A DNA stretch of 64,000 nt, taken from Mariniphaga sp. (GTDB lineage Bacteria > Bacteroidota > Bacteroidia > Bacteroidales > Prolixibacteraceae). Made by a program: the position numbers and the translations under genes. The notes beneath the pieces are model-generated. The model was not told the origin of the DNA and made no database searches. It worked only from the letters and a program-made list of their open reading frames with translations. Location of the stretch: assembly GCA_010906965.1 (NCBI GenBank), contig JAAFHB010000003.1:901-64900 (forward strand), written 5' to 3'. Shown in pieces: positions 9,583 to 21,771 of the stretch. Every line of letters starts with the position of its first letter. Positions within the stretch are counted from its first letter, which is position 1.

Positions 9583-11070
9583 ATGACACGCATTTTAATA
9601 TTAATCACTTTTATAGCCCTTTGTAAAGTTACCACAGCCAAAGAAGGCGTAATGATGCTGACGTTGCCTGAGGTGATTGACCTCGCTTCGAAGCAGTCGA
9701 TTGATGCTTTCAAACAGCAGAATATGTATCTTGCAAGCTACTGGGAATTTAAGTATTACCGGGCTGATAAACTTCCATTTTTATCAATTGGAGCTAACCC
9801 ATTTTCCTATAACAATTCTATCCGGCAGGATTACATCCCGCAGGATCAAAGCTGGCAATACAGTCAGCAGGAAAATATTACTTCAAACGCTTCATTGAGG
9901 GTGACGCAAAACATTGGCTTAACCGGGGGAAGATTTGATGTAAGTTCAGACCTTGGAATGTCCAGAAACTTTTTAGGCGATAAGCAGACCACGTTCTCTG
10001 CCAATCAGATCAGCATTGGTTACCGTCAAAAATTGAATGGTTATAACAGTCTGCGATGGAAATCGAAGATTGAACCGCTGAAATTTGAAACAGCCCGGAA
10101 AAACTTTATCCAATCGAAAGAAGATATTGCTGTAAAAGCGACGAGTAAATTTTTTGAACTTGTTGATGCGCAGATAGAAATAAACATTTCAACAACAAAT
10201 CTTGCCAACGCAGATACTTTGTATCAGATTGGTAAAGGCCGGTACCAGGTAGGAACGGTTACGCAAGATGAACTGCTAAACTTCGAATTGAATCTGATGA
10301 ATGCACGTCTTGCTTTGACACGTGCAAATCAGGGACTTTTAAGGGCACGTTCGGATCTTAACTCATTTTTAGGTCTTGATAAAAATGTGATGATTGAGTG
10401 CATTATGCCTGTAAAAATCACCTCCGCTTTGCAAGTAAATGTAGAAGATGCCATTCAAAAATCGATGACCAATAATCCGGATGTTCTTTCGCAGGATCAG
10501 CGCCTGCTCGAACAGGATAATATCGTCAGGTTGACAAAGGCTCAAAATGGACTGAGTGCCGATGTAAGCGCTTCAGCAGGTTTGAACCAAAAAGCATTGA
10601 CCATTTCGGATTCCTACCAGAATCCAAACCGGTTTCAGAATATTGCGATTATAGGTTTATCGGTGCCGATTATTGATTGGGGAAAAAGGAAAGGGCAACT
10701 TTTAATGGCGAAATCGAATCGGGAAGTTGTGGTGAATAGTGTGAAGCAGGAACGGATTGATTTTCAACAGTCTGTTTTGATGAGCGTATTGGAATTCAAT
10801 ATTCAGTCCGATCAGGTTATGAATTCAGCGCGTGCTGATACCATTGCACAACTTGGCTTTGATGTAACGATACGCCGTTTTAAAATTGGTAAACTTGATG
10901 TTACAAAACTCAACCTGGCCCGAAACGATCTCGAAAATGCGAGGCGGGCCTATATCAGTTCCTTGCGTAAGTATTGGGTTTCTTATTACCAGATCCGGCA
11001 ACTCACCTTATTCGATTTTGAAAATGGAACCGATCTGACTGCTGATTTTGATAAAATACTAAACCAATGA
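9583..11070 (+). CDS. TolC-family outer membrane efflux protein
   Basis: 495 aa with a signal peptide. It shows the duplicated OEP repeat architecture with coiled-coil segments. Its end overlaps the next gene by 4 nt. Confidence 0.9.
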   Translation: MTRILILITFIALCKVTTAKEGVMMLTLPEVIDLASKQSIDAFKQQNMYLASYWEFKYYRADKLPFLSIGANPFSYNNSIRQDYIPQDQSWQYSQQENITSNASLRVTQNIGLTGGRFDVSSDLGMSRNFLGDKQTTFSANQISIGYRQKLNGYNSLRWKSKIEPLKFETARKNFIQSKEDIAVKATSKFFELVDAQIEINISTTNLANADTLYQIGKGRYQVGTVTQDELLNFELNLMNARLALTRANQGLLRARSDLNSFLGLDKNVMIECIMPVKITSALQVNVEDAIQKSMTNNPDVLSQDQRLLEQDNIVRLTKAQNGLSADVSASAGLNQKALTISDSYQNPNRFQNIAIIGLSVPIIDWGKRKGQLLMAKSNREVVVNSVKQERIDFQQSVLMSVLEFNIQSDQVMNSARADTIAQLGFDVTIRRFKIGKLDVTKLNLARNDLENARRAYISSLRKYWVSYYQIRQLTLFDFENGTDLTADFDKILNQ

Positions 11071-12314
11071 GCCGTTTTATATTCAAACACAAAAAGTTAA
11101 TTCTGATCTCTTCCGGTGTCTTCGTTTTACTAATGGCCGGCGTCTATTTTATAGGCATAAATCCTTCTGCGAAAGTATACAAGGTCAAAAGGGAAAATTT
11201 CGAAGCGTTGATCTCATGCAAAGGTGAGATACAGAGCGAAAAAGCGGTGCTGATTACCATTCCCGATGTTTTCGGCGATCGGTCATTAGAAATATACGAC
11301 ACGCAGATCAAGGATCTCATTCCCGAAGGATCAATTATAAAAAAAGGCGACTTTGTTGGATTGCTCGATCAGGGAAGGGTAAAGCAGTTGAAACAGAACA
11401 ATGAAGAAGCCATGAAAAAATTACTTTTCAATATCAACGACGCTAAAATTGACAGTGCAGTTGAACTTGTTGCACTTCGCGATGGAATCGAACAATTTAG
11501 CTTTGATCTTCAATACAAGAAAGTAGAGCTGGAGCAGTCTGTTTTCGAATCACCTGCTTATCAGCGTACTTCGCAGATGGCCTATGACCGGGCGTTAAGA
11601 CAACTTGAATATAAAAGACGGGCTTACCAGATGACTCAAAAAGGGTTGCAAACTCATATTTTAAGGGATGAGAACCGATTGAAGTTACTTGTTGACAAGG
11701 ATAGAAAATATCAGATAGCCTTTGATGGAGCACGCATTGTTGCCCCTCAGGGTGGAATGCTGATATATGGCCGCACATTTGGACGGGGAGGAAGCCGAAA
11801 GCTGACCATTGGCTCGTGGGTAAGTATGCAAAATCCCGTAATAGCCACCTTACCGGACCTCTCTATTCTCGATTCCGAAACCTATGTTGAAGAGATTTAT
11901 ATTTCGAAAATTAAGTTGGGCGACAGCGCGAGGGTTTACATCGACGCGCTTAAAAATCAGGAGAATATCGGGGCGATTTCCAATATCTCGAACGTTGGGC
12001 AAGAAATGACGGGTTTCGATTCGAAGGTGTTCAAAGTGAATATCCGGATCGCCAGCGATAACGACAAAGTCAAACCATCCATGACCACAAACAACGAAAT
12101 CATAATCGCACGTGAGCAAAATGTAATCGTGATTCCGCGGTCAACATTGTTCTCTGATGAAGGGAAACAGTTCGTTTACCTCAGGGAGCTTGGAAAAATA
12201 ACCATTAAAGATGTTGAGTGCGGCAACCAGAGTGACAAGTTCGTTGTTATTAAAAAAGGATTAAAAGAAGGTGATAAAATACTGCTTAATAAACCCGAAA
12301 ACGGGGATAGTTAA
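11067..12314 (+). CDS. HlyD/MacA-family periplasmic efflux adaptor (paralog 2)
   Basis: 415 aa with the same layout as the 6818 gene: anchor helix, coiled coil, and ARVYIDALKNQENIGAISNISNVG. The tails are also similar (KVFKVNIRI...KPSMTTNNEI versus KVFEVNIRI...KPAMTTGNVI). Confidence 0.85.
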   Translation: MSRFIFKHKKLILISSGVFVLLMAGVYFIGINPSAKVYKVKRENFEALISCKGEIQSEKAVLITIPDVFGDRSLEIYDTQIKDLIPEGSIIKKGDFVGLLDQGRVKQLKQNNEEAMKKLLFNINDAKIDSAVELVALRDGIEQFSFDLQYKKVELEQSVFESPAYQRTSQMAYDRALRQLEYKRRAYQMTQKGLQTHILRDENRLKLLVDKDRKYQIAFDGARIVAPQGGMLIYGRTFGRGGSRKLTIGSWVSMQNPVIATLPDLSILDSETYVEEIYISKIKLGDSARVYIDALKNQENIGAISNISNVGQEMTGFDSKVFKVNIRIASDNDKVKPSMTTNNEIIIAREQNVIVIPRSTLFSDEGKQFVYLRELGKITIKDVECGNQSDKFVVIKKGLKEGDKILLNKPENGDS

Positions 12315-12363
12315 ACCGTTACCTAAATTTTTATCTAACAGTGATTTTCAGGATCTATTTATG

Positions 12364-12371
12364 TAAGTTTG
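12364..12371 (+). promoter_or_regulatory. Candidate internal -7 promoter box (TAAGTTTG) ahead of the ABC ATPase gene
   Basis: Exact TAnnTTTG match in the 76-nt gap, ending 20 nt before ATG 12391. Confidence 0.35.
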
Positions 12372-12390
12372 TAATTGAAAAATCTAAAGG

Positions 12391-13089
12391 ATGGAAAAAT
12401 TAATCATACTGCAGGATATTGTTAAAAACTATCAGGTAGGAACCCAGGCTGTTTTAGCATTGCGTTCGGTCTCGCTCGATATTTATAAGGGCGAATATGT
12501 TGCAATTATGGGTGCGTCAGGCTCTGGAAAATCAACACTGATGAATATCATCGGATGTCTCGATACCCCTACTTCTGGAAATTACCACCTTAACAATAAG
12601 GATGTTAGTAGTTTGGATGATGACAGGCTTGCCGAAATCAGAAATACCGAGATTGGATTTGTCTTTCAGACTTTCAACCTTTTACCACGATATACTGCAC
12701 TCGAAAATGTGATGCTCCCGTTGATATATGCCGGCGTTGGCAAGGATAAACGAATTGAACTTGCAACTGAAAAATTAACCAGTGTGGGATTAACCGACAG
12801 AATGGAACATCGGCCAAATGAGTTGTCGGGTGGTCAGCGTCAGCGTGTTGCTGTTGCTCGTGCGTTGATTAATACGCCTTCAATTCTTCTTGCTGATGAA
12901 CCTACGGGTAATCTTGATTCGAAAACGTCGGAAGAGATAATGAAACTTTTTGCTGCAATCCATGCCGCAGGTAATACGATTATTCTGGTTACTCACGAAG
13001 AGGAAATTGCCTTGCATGCACACCGAATCATCAAACTCAAGGATGGTCAGGTTGAGACCGACCATAAAAACGAAAAACCAATTTATTAA
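12391..13089 (+). CDS. ABC transporter ATP-binding protein (MacB/LolD-type ATPase)
   Basis: 232 aa with Walker [10 protein letters not shown], signature [15 protein letters not shown] and Walker B ILLADEPT. Confidence 0.95.
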   Translation: MEKLIILQDIVKNYQVGTQAVLALRSVSLDIYKGEYVAIMGASGSGKSTLMNIIGCLDTPTSGNYHLNNKDVSSLDDDRLAEIRNTEIGFVFQTFNLLPRYTALENVMLPLIYAGVGKDKRIELATEKLTSVGLTDRMEHRPNELSGGQRQRVAVARALINTPSILLADEPTGNLDSKTSEEIMKLFAAIHAAGNTIILVTHEEEIALHAHRIIKLKDGQVETDHKNEKPIY

Positions 13090-13104
13090 CCAGTAATTTT
13101 TTTA

Positions 13105-13653
13105 ATGATGCGAGTTTATACCCGTACTGGCGATGATGGTACTACCGGATTAATCGGTGGCACCCGAGTTAAGAAATATGATTTGCGACTCGAAGCTTAT
13201 GGTACTGTTGATGAATTAAATTCATGGATAGGACTGATTCGCTCGCAGGAAATTAATCCGGATGATGTTCATGATTTGATTGAAATCCAAAATAAATTGT
13301 TTGTTATTGGAGCTCTTCTCGCAACCGATACCACGAAAGTTGAAAGCGCAGTTCAATTAACTTGTTGCGCAGAAGACATTTTGTTCCTCGAACAACGCAT
13401 GGATGTGATACTTGATAATTTGCCTCCGTTAACTAATTTTCTGCTCCCTGGCGGAAGTAATGCGGTATCATATTGCCACCTGGCACGTACAGTGTGCCGA
13501 CGTGCTGAACGTCGGACTTATCAGCTTTCTGCTGAAATGCAAGTTCCGGCAGAGGTGCTAAAATACCTGAATCGCTTGTCTGATTACCTTTATGTTTTGT
13601 CGCGGAAAGTGGCTGCAGATAGCGGGATTGAAGAAATTCCATGGAAATCATGA
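13105..13653 (+). CDS. PduO-type ATP:cob(I)alamin adenosyltransferase
   Basis: 182 aa. The N-terminus RVYTRTGDDGTTGL...AYGTVDELNSWIG and the later LPGG motif are typical of this family. Confidence 0.9.
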   Translation: MMRVYTRTGDDGTTGLIGGTRVKKYDLRLEAYGTVDELNSWIGLIRSQEINPDDVHDLIEIQNKLFVIGALLATDTTKVESAVQLTCCAEDILFLEQRMDVILDNLPPLTNFLLPGGSNAVSYCHLARTVCRRAERRTYQLSAEMQVPAEVLKYLNRLSDYLYVLSRKVAADSGIEEIPWKS

Positions 13654-13738
13654 AAAAAGTCATTTTGGACTTTTATTTCTGAGAAATAAGTATTAAAATC
13701 GCGCTTTATGGAAAAATCATTAATATCAAAGAAATAAT

Positions 13739-13960
13739 ATGTACTGGACATTAGAATTGGCTTCAAAACTGGAAGATGCACCATGGCCTGCAACGAAAGA
13801 TGAATTGATCGATTTCGCCATTCGATCGGGAGCGCCGCTCGAAGTAATCGAAAATCTGCAAGAGATGGAAGATGAAGGCGAAATTTATGAATCGATTGAG
13901 GACATCTGGCCCGATTATCCAAGCAAGGATGATTTCTTTTTCAACGAAGATGAATATTGA
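13739..13960 (+). CDS. Small acidic protein, DUF2795-like
   Basis: 73 aa. The WPATKDELIDFAIRSGAPLEVIENLQEM pattern matches my recollection of DUF2795. This needs an HMM check. Confidence 0.65.
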   Translation: MYWTLELASKLEDAPWPATKDELIDFAIRSGAPLEVIENLQEMEDEGEIYESIEDIWPDYPSKDDFFFNEDEY

Positions 13961-14114
13961 GGACCAATAGCGAATTTTGCAGTTGAAGTCAATCAGATGG
14001 AATGGCCGGTTACATAAGGTTAAAGGATAATGATTAATTTGAAGTGCGTCCGCACTTTATTCAACATCATTCAACCTTATGGTTTTCCATGTTAATTCCG
14101 CCTATAAAGTTTTG

Positions 14115-15731
14115 TTACAGAACCAACTTTTTAACTAATGCAGGTATCTTCGATGAGCCTGCATTTTTTTTGCGCTTTTCATCGATTGGATAAAGGTCGT
14201 ACTGGTTGACCGGCTTTTCACTTTCTCGCCAGCGAAATCCATCCAATTGGATATCTTCAGTCTGGAGTTCTTTTATCGGAATTACTTTACCTTCAGGCTT
14301 GGGATAAAACCTGATACTGTCGATCTTGTTTTCGGTGAGGTGAAGCCTGATTTTGCTGCTAAGCATTCGATTCATTCCTGAGTATTTATTCTTATCCTTT
14401 AAATAGTAAAGCGTTTGGGCATTTCCATTCACATCTGCAATCCGAAGTTTATTTTCAAAAATCTGACCGATAATATTCTTGCCCGAAATCTGGTTGAATT
14501 TCACCGAGTCCTCCACCATTACAATAAATGCGCTGTTATCCAGTCGGGCAATACCGGGATCAGGATTTTTTGCAGTATATTGAATCTTTTCAGCAGTCAT
14601 CTGGTTGCGTTCCGACCAAAGTACCGGATCGTAAAACATCAGCAAGGTCGAATCTTTCATCCGGTATCCCAGCGAATCGCATTGACCCTGTAAGTCAGGT
14701 TTATGAAATCTGACTTTCCGGTACGCCATGAAATATTTGTCGTCCTTCCGGTTTACATCCGCGGTGTCTGGTTTGGTCTGAAGCGTATCGGCATGCATGT
14801 ACATCGTATCTTTCTTTCCGTATTGAATAAACATTGCCGAGTCGGTGACAAAGGCTATTTTCGTATTCTCGTTGTAAACGCCAATTTTCCCTTTAATAAC
14901 TACTTTATTCGTGGTATCAGTAAGTGTTACCCGGTGTTTTCCGCGGCCGTTTCCACTTGCTCTGTCATAGAATAGTGTATCTGCTTCGAGCACCTGCGAT
15001 TTGTTGGTTATCTTCGAAGCTTTGTAAAGCTCCGCAACATTTTGCTTTGTATCGTACCACCCATTCTCCGAATAGAGAACACCGTCCTTATCAGTCCCTG
15101 TAATTGTTGTCGGTCCAACAATAAAAGCCCTTTCTGTCTTGCTATTGTATTTCAATGTATCGGCTCGCAGCACGAAGTCTTTATTCGTCAATACCACTGA
15201 ATCCTTGAAGAACAATAGGTCTTCATTCGAATAATACCTTCCGATCATGCTTGTTAAAACATTGGCAGTATCGACGATTTTTCCACCTGTATTGTAATAA
15301 CCAATATTGGTATTCATATCAAAATCCAGCGCTTCGGTAGTAAGTGTTATGGATTTATCGACCATTTTTACGTTGTGAAGGAATCGCGCTAACCTTAGAT
15401 CACCAATATATGTCATTTTGTCGCCATACAAGTTCAAGGTATCGCCCTGGATAATATGAACATTCCCAAAGGCTTCGAACCTATTGCTGTCGCTGTAGGA
15501 ATAAGCACTGTCGCAATACATCAGCGCATCATTGTGCCTGAACCGCACATTTCCTATTAACCGCTGGGCATTGGCGACGATCGCTGTATCGTATGTATAT
15601 AAATCGGCATTTTCAATATCGACCCGGCGCTTCTTTTTTAGGTCCTGTGGTTGAATCGCCTGAATAAATACAGAAACAATCACAACAAGAAAGATTAAAG
15701 GAAGATAAGCGGACTTTTTTTGATGGTTCAT
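14115..15731 (-). CDS. OstA-like (LptA/LptD N-terminal beta-jellyroll repeat) envelope protein
   Basis: 538 aa with an N-terminal anchor or signal. Repeated 'GNV.....D....CD.A.Y' style beta-strand repeats are typical of OstA-like proteins. The position upstream of SurA is common in Bacteroidota. Confidence 0.7.
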   Translation of the reverse strand: MNHQKKSAYLPLIFLVVIVSVFIQAIQPQDLKKKRRVDIENADLYTYDTAIVANAQRLIGNVRFRHNDALMYCDSAYSYSDSNRFEAFGNVHIIQGDTLNLYGDKMTYIGDLRLARFLHNVKMVDKSITLTTEALDFDMNTNIGYYNTGGKIVDTANVLTSMIGRYYSNEDLLFFKDSVVLTNKDFVLRADTLKYNSKTERAFIVGPTTITGTDKDGVLYSENGWYDTKQNVAELYKASKITNKSQVLEADTLFYDRASGNGRGKHRVTLTDTTNKVVIKGKIGVYNENTKIAFVTDSAMFIQYGKKDTMYMHADTLQTKPDTADVNRKDDKYFMAYRKVRFHKPDLQGQCDSLGYRMKDSTLLMFYDPVLWSERNQMTAEKIQYTAKNPDPGIARLDNSAFIVMVEDSVKFNQISGKNIIGQIFENKLRIADVNGNAQTLYYLKDKNKYSGMNRMLSSKIRLHLTENKIDSIRFYPKPEGKVIPIKELQTEDIQLDGFRWRESEKPVNQYDLYPIDEKRKKNAGSSKIPALVKKLVL

Positions 15732-15798
15732 ACTACTGCTTGAGAATCGTTCAGTAAATGTTGAAAGGATTCAGCTATTTTATAAATTCAGAATCGTT

Positions 15799-17154
15799 TT
15801 ATTTTTTCCAGGATTTCAGTTTGAAGTTGCAGTTTGCATAGGCATCATCAATACGGATATAAGTTTTTGCCTGTTGTTTTGCGATCCATTTCCTGTAAGT
15901 CTCCTCCTTTTTCTTGGCAAGAAACATTGTGCTCAGACTTTGATAATCCTCCTGCATATTGGCTTTGTGCGCAGTAGTTTTATTATTTAGTTTGACAATT
16001 TTATAGACTTGTCTTTGCTTGTCGTCAATGGTCATAAACGGATTGGAGGTTTCGCCAATGTTCATAACTGTGATTATTTTGCTCACATCGGGATCGAGTT
16101 CTGCAACTTCGAATTTTGATGAACCCGTACGTTGCGATGTTACTAATCCGCCATTGTTACGTGTGCTTTTGTCAGAAGAATACATGAAGGCTGCCTGTTC
16201 CCAGGTAATCTTTCCTTTGCGGATAAAATCTGCAATGCTGTCAATCCTGTTTTTCGCTTTTTCAAGTTCCATTGGATCGACCTTTGGCATAAGCAGAATA
16301 TGGCGGCATTTTATTTTTTCCCCTTTACGATCGATTAATTGGATAATATGATAGCCGTATTCGCTTTTTACAACTTTCGATATTTGATTGGGTTTAAGGT
16401 TAAATGCCTCGGTTGCAAAAGCAGGATCGAGCATTGCCCTTCCCACGTAATCCATTTCACCACCGTTTCGGGCCGATCCCGGATCTTCGGAATACATAAT
16501 GGCAAGTGTGGCAAAATTATCGCCGTTTTCAACACGTTTCTTGAAGTCACGTAATTTCGCTTTTACTTCAAGATCTTCCTTTTCTGTAATGGCAGGAAGT
16601 ATTGTAATCTGGGCGTATTCCAATTGTGAATCAATATCAGGGACATCTTTTGCCGGCAATTGTCTGAAGAATTGACGAACTTCTGAAGGAGTTGCAGTCA
16701 CCTTTTCAATAATTTTAGCCTGCATCTGTTCCGTTTTCAGTTGCTCTTTGATCGTTTCGCTCATTTCAGCTTTCAGCTGATTGATTGATTTGTTGAAATA
16801 CTTCTCAACCTCTTTTTCCGAACCGATGTTTTCGATGAAATAATTCATCCTCCGGTCCATCTGCTGATTGATTTGATTGTCGCTTACAATAATCATTGTA
16901 TCAAGATCTGCCTCAGCCAGCAGTAATTTTTGTTCAAGCAGCAGCTCCAGTATTTCGCATTTCGCGTCACCTTGGGTCGTTATTCCCTGCGCCTGATTTT
17001 GAATGGCTGTAGTTTCGATATCCGATTTGAGAATGGGGTTGCTTCCAACAACCGCCACAATCTGGTCAACAACTTTATCCTGAGCATTTGAGAGCTGTTG
17101 TGAAGAAATGATCGTCCCCAGCAAAAGGACACTTTTTATTACGTTTTTGAGCAT
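15799..17154 (-). CDS. surA: Peptidyl-prolyl isomerase / periplasmic chaperone SurA
   Basis: 451 aa with a signal peptide, a SurA N-domain and two parvulin domains (GGEMDYVGRAMLDPAF...GYHIIQL; NNGGLV...). Confidence 0.85.
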   Translation of the reverse strand: MLKNVIKSVLLLGTIISSQQLSNAQDKVVDQIVAVVGSNPILKSDIETTAIQNQAQGITTQGDAKCEILELLLEQKLLLAEADLDTMIIVSDNQINQQMDRRMNYFIENIGSEKEVEKYFNKSINQLKAEMSETIKEQLKTEQMQAKIIEKVTATPSEVRQFFRQLPAKDVPDIDSQLEYAQITILPAITEKEDLEVKAKLRDFKKRVENGDNFATLAIMYSEDPGSARNGGEMDYVGRAMLDPAFATEAFNLKPNQISKVVKSEYGYHIIQLIDRKGEKIKCRHILLMPKVDPMELEKAKNRIDSIADFIRKGKITWEQAAFMYSSDKSTRNNGGLVTSQRTGSSKFEVAELDPDVSKIITVMNIGETSNPFMTIDDKQRQVYKIVKLNNKTTAHKANMQEDYQSLSTMFLAKKKEETYRKWIAKQQAKTYIRIDDAYANCNFKLKSWKK

Positions 17155-17170
17155 GTTTTGTATCTAATTA

Positions 17171-18025
17171 TCAGTCTGTAATTTTAAATAGATTCTCTTT
17201 TTTTCCTTTTTGATAAATATTTTTTTGAAGTTCATCAATGAGCTCCATTTTCCGATTGTTCAGAATTAAATTGGCAATGCCGTCTTTTACAAATTCAAAA
17301 GGTGCTTTATCCCCTTTTAACCTGTAATCTTTAATGGCTGCAAGATAATACTTGTTGCCTTCGTAAGTTTCAATAAAACCTTTTCGATTAAGTGCATCAT
17401 CCGCATTGGTTAAACTAACTGGCATTCTCGACCTTATCTGGCTAAAATCAATCCACTGCTCGTCGAAATAGTCAAACTTTGTGGCGTACTGGAAACTGTA
17501 TTTTTCAAGTTCAGTGCGCGATTTGTCGTCCAGCGAATTCATCCATCTTTTAAGCTGATCTACTTTCGCCACGTTTTTGGGCACTTCAATATAAATTGCC
17601 TTTACAATATGCTGCTCAAGAATAAATCTTTCGGGATGCAAGTCATAAAACTGGCGGATATCTGAAGCGGTAAGCACTGTGTCGAGCTTTTGGCTGATCA
17701 ATTGTTGCTGGTATCTGTGAATAATAAGAGAAGTTCTGTATTCATCCAATTCGCGTTGAACATCTTTCTGATCGTCTGAAAGGTTTTCTTCTGCCATTAG
17801 GAGCATCAACTCCTGTTTGACCCAACGTTGAATGTAATCTTTTGCCTGATTTACACTGTCTGCTTTGGTTGTGCCTCCCGGAAGTGCACCGGCAAGTTCA
17901 CGTCGAAGTAAAAATTTGTCTCCGACTTTTGCAACGATACCATCTCCCTGCGATGATTTGGAGAAATAGGAACACCCAGATAAAAAGCTAAATATGAATA
18001 TAATAAGATAGAAATCTCTTTTCAT
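17171..18025 (-). CDS. Lipoprotein, SurA-N/PpiC-like chaperone-related hypothetical protein
   Basis: 284 aa with lipobox FLSGC. It is helical and resembles the SurA N-terminal chaperone domain. It lies co-directional and adjacent to surA. Confidence 0.5.
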   Translation of the reverse strand: MKRDFYLIIFIFSFLSGCSYFSKSSQGDGIVAKVGDKFLLRRELAGALPGGTTKADSVNQAKDYIQRWVKQELMLLMAEENLSDDQKDVQRELDEYRTSLIIHRYQQQLISQKLDTVLTASDIRQFYDLHPERFILEQHIVKAIYIEVPKNVAKVDQLKRWMNSLDDKSRTELEKYSFQYATKFDYFDEQWIDFSQIRSRMPVSLTNADDALNRKGFIETYEGNKYYLAAIKDYRLKGDKAPFEFVKDGIANLILNNRKMELIDELQKNIYQKGKKENLFKITD

Positions 18026-18169
18026 TTAAAATTAAATCGTTTTCTCACCCAACAGAATATAACAGACCATCTTTCCCTTAGATGCAATTTGATGCCCCTT
18101 GGTTGTCACAGGCGTCAAATTTACCTTAAATTCCTGAGAAAAAGATGATCCTTTTACAATTCAAGTTTT

Positions 18170-19741
<1,572 letters not shown>

Positions 19742-19784
19742 TTACCGTGCCTATTTTTAACATCCGATAAGTGAAGCGCATTCT

Positions 19785-21698
19785 ATGGACAGAATCCACG
19801 AGATATTAAAACAATACTGGGGATACGATGAATTTCGTCCGTTACAGGAGGAGATCATCCGCTCTGTGGCTGATCAAAAAGACACGCTTGGCCTGATGCC
19901 GACAGGTGGCGGAAAGTCGATCACTTTTCAGGTTTATTCGCTCTCTGTAGATGGTATTTGTTTGGTTGTTACGCCATTAATTGCATTAATTAAAGACCAG
20001 GTCGAAAACCTGCGGTCGAAGGGGATAAAAGTATTAGCCATTTATTCGGGAATGTCAGGTCGTGAGATCGATATAGCACTGAACAATGCCATCTATGGCG
20101 ATTACAAATTTTTGTATGTCTCGCCGGAGCGGTTGGGTTCTGAACACTTCAGGGAATTTTTGGTCAGGATGAAACTGAACCTGATCACGGTTGACGAGGC
20201 GCACTGTATTTCGCAATGGGGTTACGATTTCCGCCCTTCTTATCTTAAAATATCGGAATTGCGTGAACTATTTCCCCAAACTCCAATTCTGGCATTAACT
20301 GCAACCGCAACGAAGAAAGTAGTTGATGACATCCAGGAAAAATTGCTGTTTCGGGAGAAAAATGTACTTCAGAAAAGTTTTCGCCGGGCGAACCTTATCT
20401 ATCTGGTCCGCGACAAAGAAGACAAAATGGGCTACCTGACTGATACGATCAGGAAGTCGAAGGGGACAGGTATTGTGTATGTCAGAAGTCGTAAAAAAAC
20501 GCGTGAAATTGCACAAATGCTTCAGCAACATAAAATAGCAGCTGATTTTTATCATGCAGGACTTGCACCCGATTTGCGAAGTCATAAGCAGGATAAATGG
20601 ATGAGAGGCGAAATCAGGGTCATTGTCGCCACCAATGCATTTGGTATGGGGATTGACAAACCCGATGTACGGTTTGTGATCCATCTCGATTTACCCGATT
20701 CGCTGGAAGCCTATTTTCAGGAGGCGGGCAGGGGAGGGCGCGATGGGTTAAAATCGGTGGCAGTCCTTCTTTATAACAATACCGACAAGCGCCGGCTTCA
20801 TAAAATGGTTACCGACAGCTTTCCTGCAATTGAAATCATTCGTTCCGTTTATAATTCCGTTTGCAATTTTCTGATGATTGCAATCGGTAGCGGGAAATCG
20901 GGGATTTTCAGTTTCCGAATTGAAGATTTTTCAAAGCGATTTGGATTTCAGATTACAGCGGTTTATCATAGTCTGAAAATTTTAGAACGTCAGGGCTATG
21001 TGTCATATATTGAAAATGTTGACAATTATTCGCGCGTCATGTTTACAGTACGACGCGACGATCTTTATAAAATACAATTGCGAAATGCCGAGCTTGATTC
21101 ATTTATTAAATTGATTCTTCGGTCGTATACAGGTGTGTTTACCGATTTTGTAAACATCGACGAAGCGCTTCTTGCCCGGCGTTCGAATTTGACGGGTGAG
21201 CTTATCTATCTTCATTTGAAAACATTGGCGCAAAATAAGATAATCGATTACATACCTCAAAAGAAAACACCTGTGCTTGTGTTCGAAACCGAAAGGCTTG
21301 ACACGAATCGAATTCATATAAGTGCCGACAATTATCAACATCGCAAAGTAAAATATCAGCTACAGGTTGATTCCGTAATTGATTATGCAGTAAACGATAA
21401 CAAGTGCCGCAGTGTTGCTTTGCTTGAGTATTTCGGGCAATATGGATCTGAACCCTGCGGATCGTGTGATATTTGCAGGGGCGATCATGAATCGGGAATC
21501 AAATTCACAGATTTCAGCAGGATTTCGGGTAAGATTCACGAGATTTTGTGCACCGAAAGTCATTCGATTGATCAAATCGTAAAACAGATCAGCGAACCTG
21601 AGCCTGTTGTTATTAAAGTTTCGCGATGGCTGCTTGACAACGGAATGCTAATTGCTGCCTCAAACGGGTTGTTAACAAACGTTTCAAAGGCTCATTAA
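19785..21698 (+). CDS. RecQ-family ATP-dependent DNA helicase
   Basis: 637 aa with MPTGGGKS, VDEAHCISQWGYDFRPSY, a helicase C domain and a Zn-binding cluster CRSVALLEYFG...CGSCDIC. Confidence 0.9.
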   Translation: MDRIHEILKQYWGYDEFRPLQEEIIRSVADQKDTLGLMPTGGGKSITFQVYSLSVDGICLVVTPLIALIKDQVENLRSKGIKVLAIYSGMSGREIDIALNNAIYGDYKFLYVSPERLGSEHFREFLVRMKLNLITVDEAHCISQWGYDFRPSYLKISELRELFPQTPILALTATATKKVVDDIQEKLLFREKNVLQKSFRRANLIYLVRDKEDKMGYLTDTIRKSKGTGIVYVRSRKKTREIAQMLQQHKIAADFYHAGLAPDLRSHKQDKWMRGEIRVIVATNAFGMGIDKPDVRFVIHLDLPDSLEAYFQEAGRGGRDGLKSVAVLLYNNTDKRRLHKMVTDSFPAIEIIRSVYNSVCNFLMIAIGSGKSGIFSFRIEDFSKRFGFQITAVYHSLKILERQGYVSYIENVDNYSRVMFTVRRDDLYKIQLRNAELDSFIKLILRSYTGVFTDFVNIDEALLARRSNLTGELIYLHLKTLAQNKIIDYIPQKKTPVLVFETERLDTNRIHISADNYQHRKVKYQLQVDSVIDYAVNDNKCRSVALLEYFGQYGSEPCGSCDICRGDHESGIKFTDFSRISGKIHEILCTESHSIDQIVKQISEPEPVVIKVSRWLLDNGMLIAASNGLLTNVSKAH

Positions 21699-21771
21699 TG
21701 GGCGGAATATCCTCTGCTATCTGGATTTTGATTACCTTTGCCAGGAAATCTTAAAAACAAAAGGATTTTTA

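Noticed and set aside
13105-13653. Cobalamin adenosyltransferase directly after the efflux ATPase as a functional link
   Set aside because: The 15-nt spacing suggests co-transcription. However, no other cobalamin gene or riboswitch-like leader is visible, so the adjacency is probably incidental.
21175-21195. tRNA-like GTTCGAAT / GGTTCGA strings (also at ~30351)
   Set aside because: They lie in frame inside the RecQ and GH51 coding sequences, and no acceptor/anticodon arm context is present. No tRNA cloverleaf could be built anywhere in the window.
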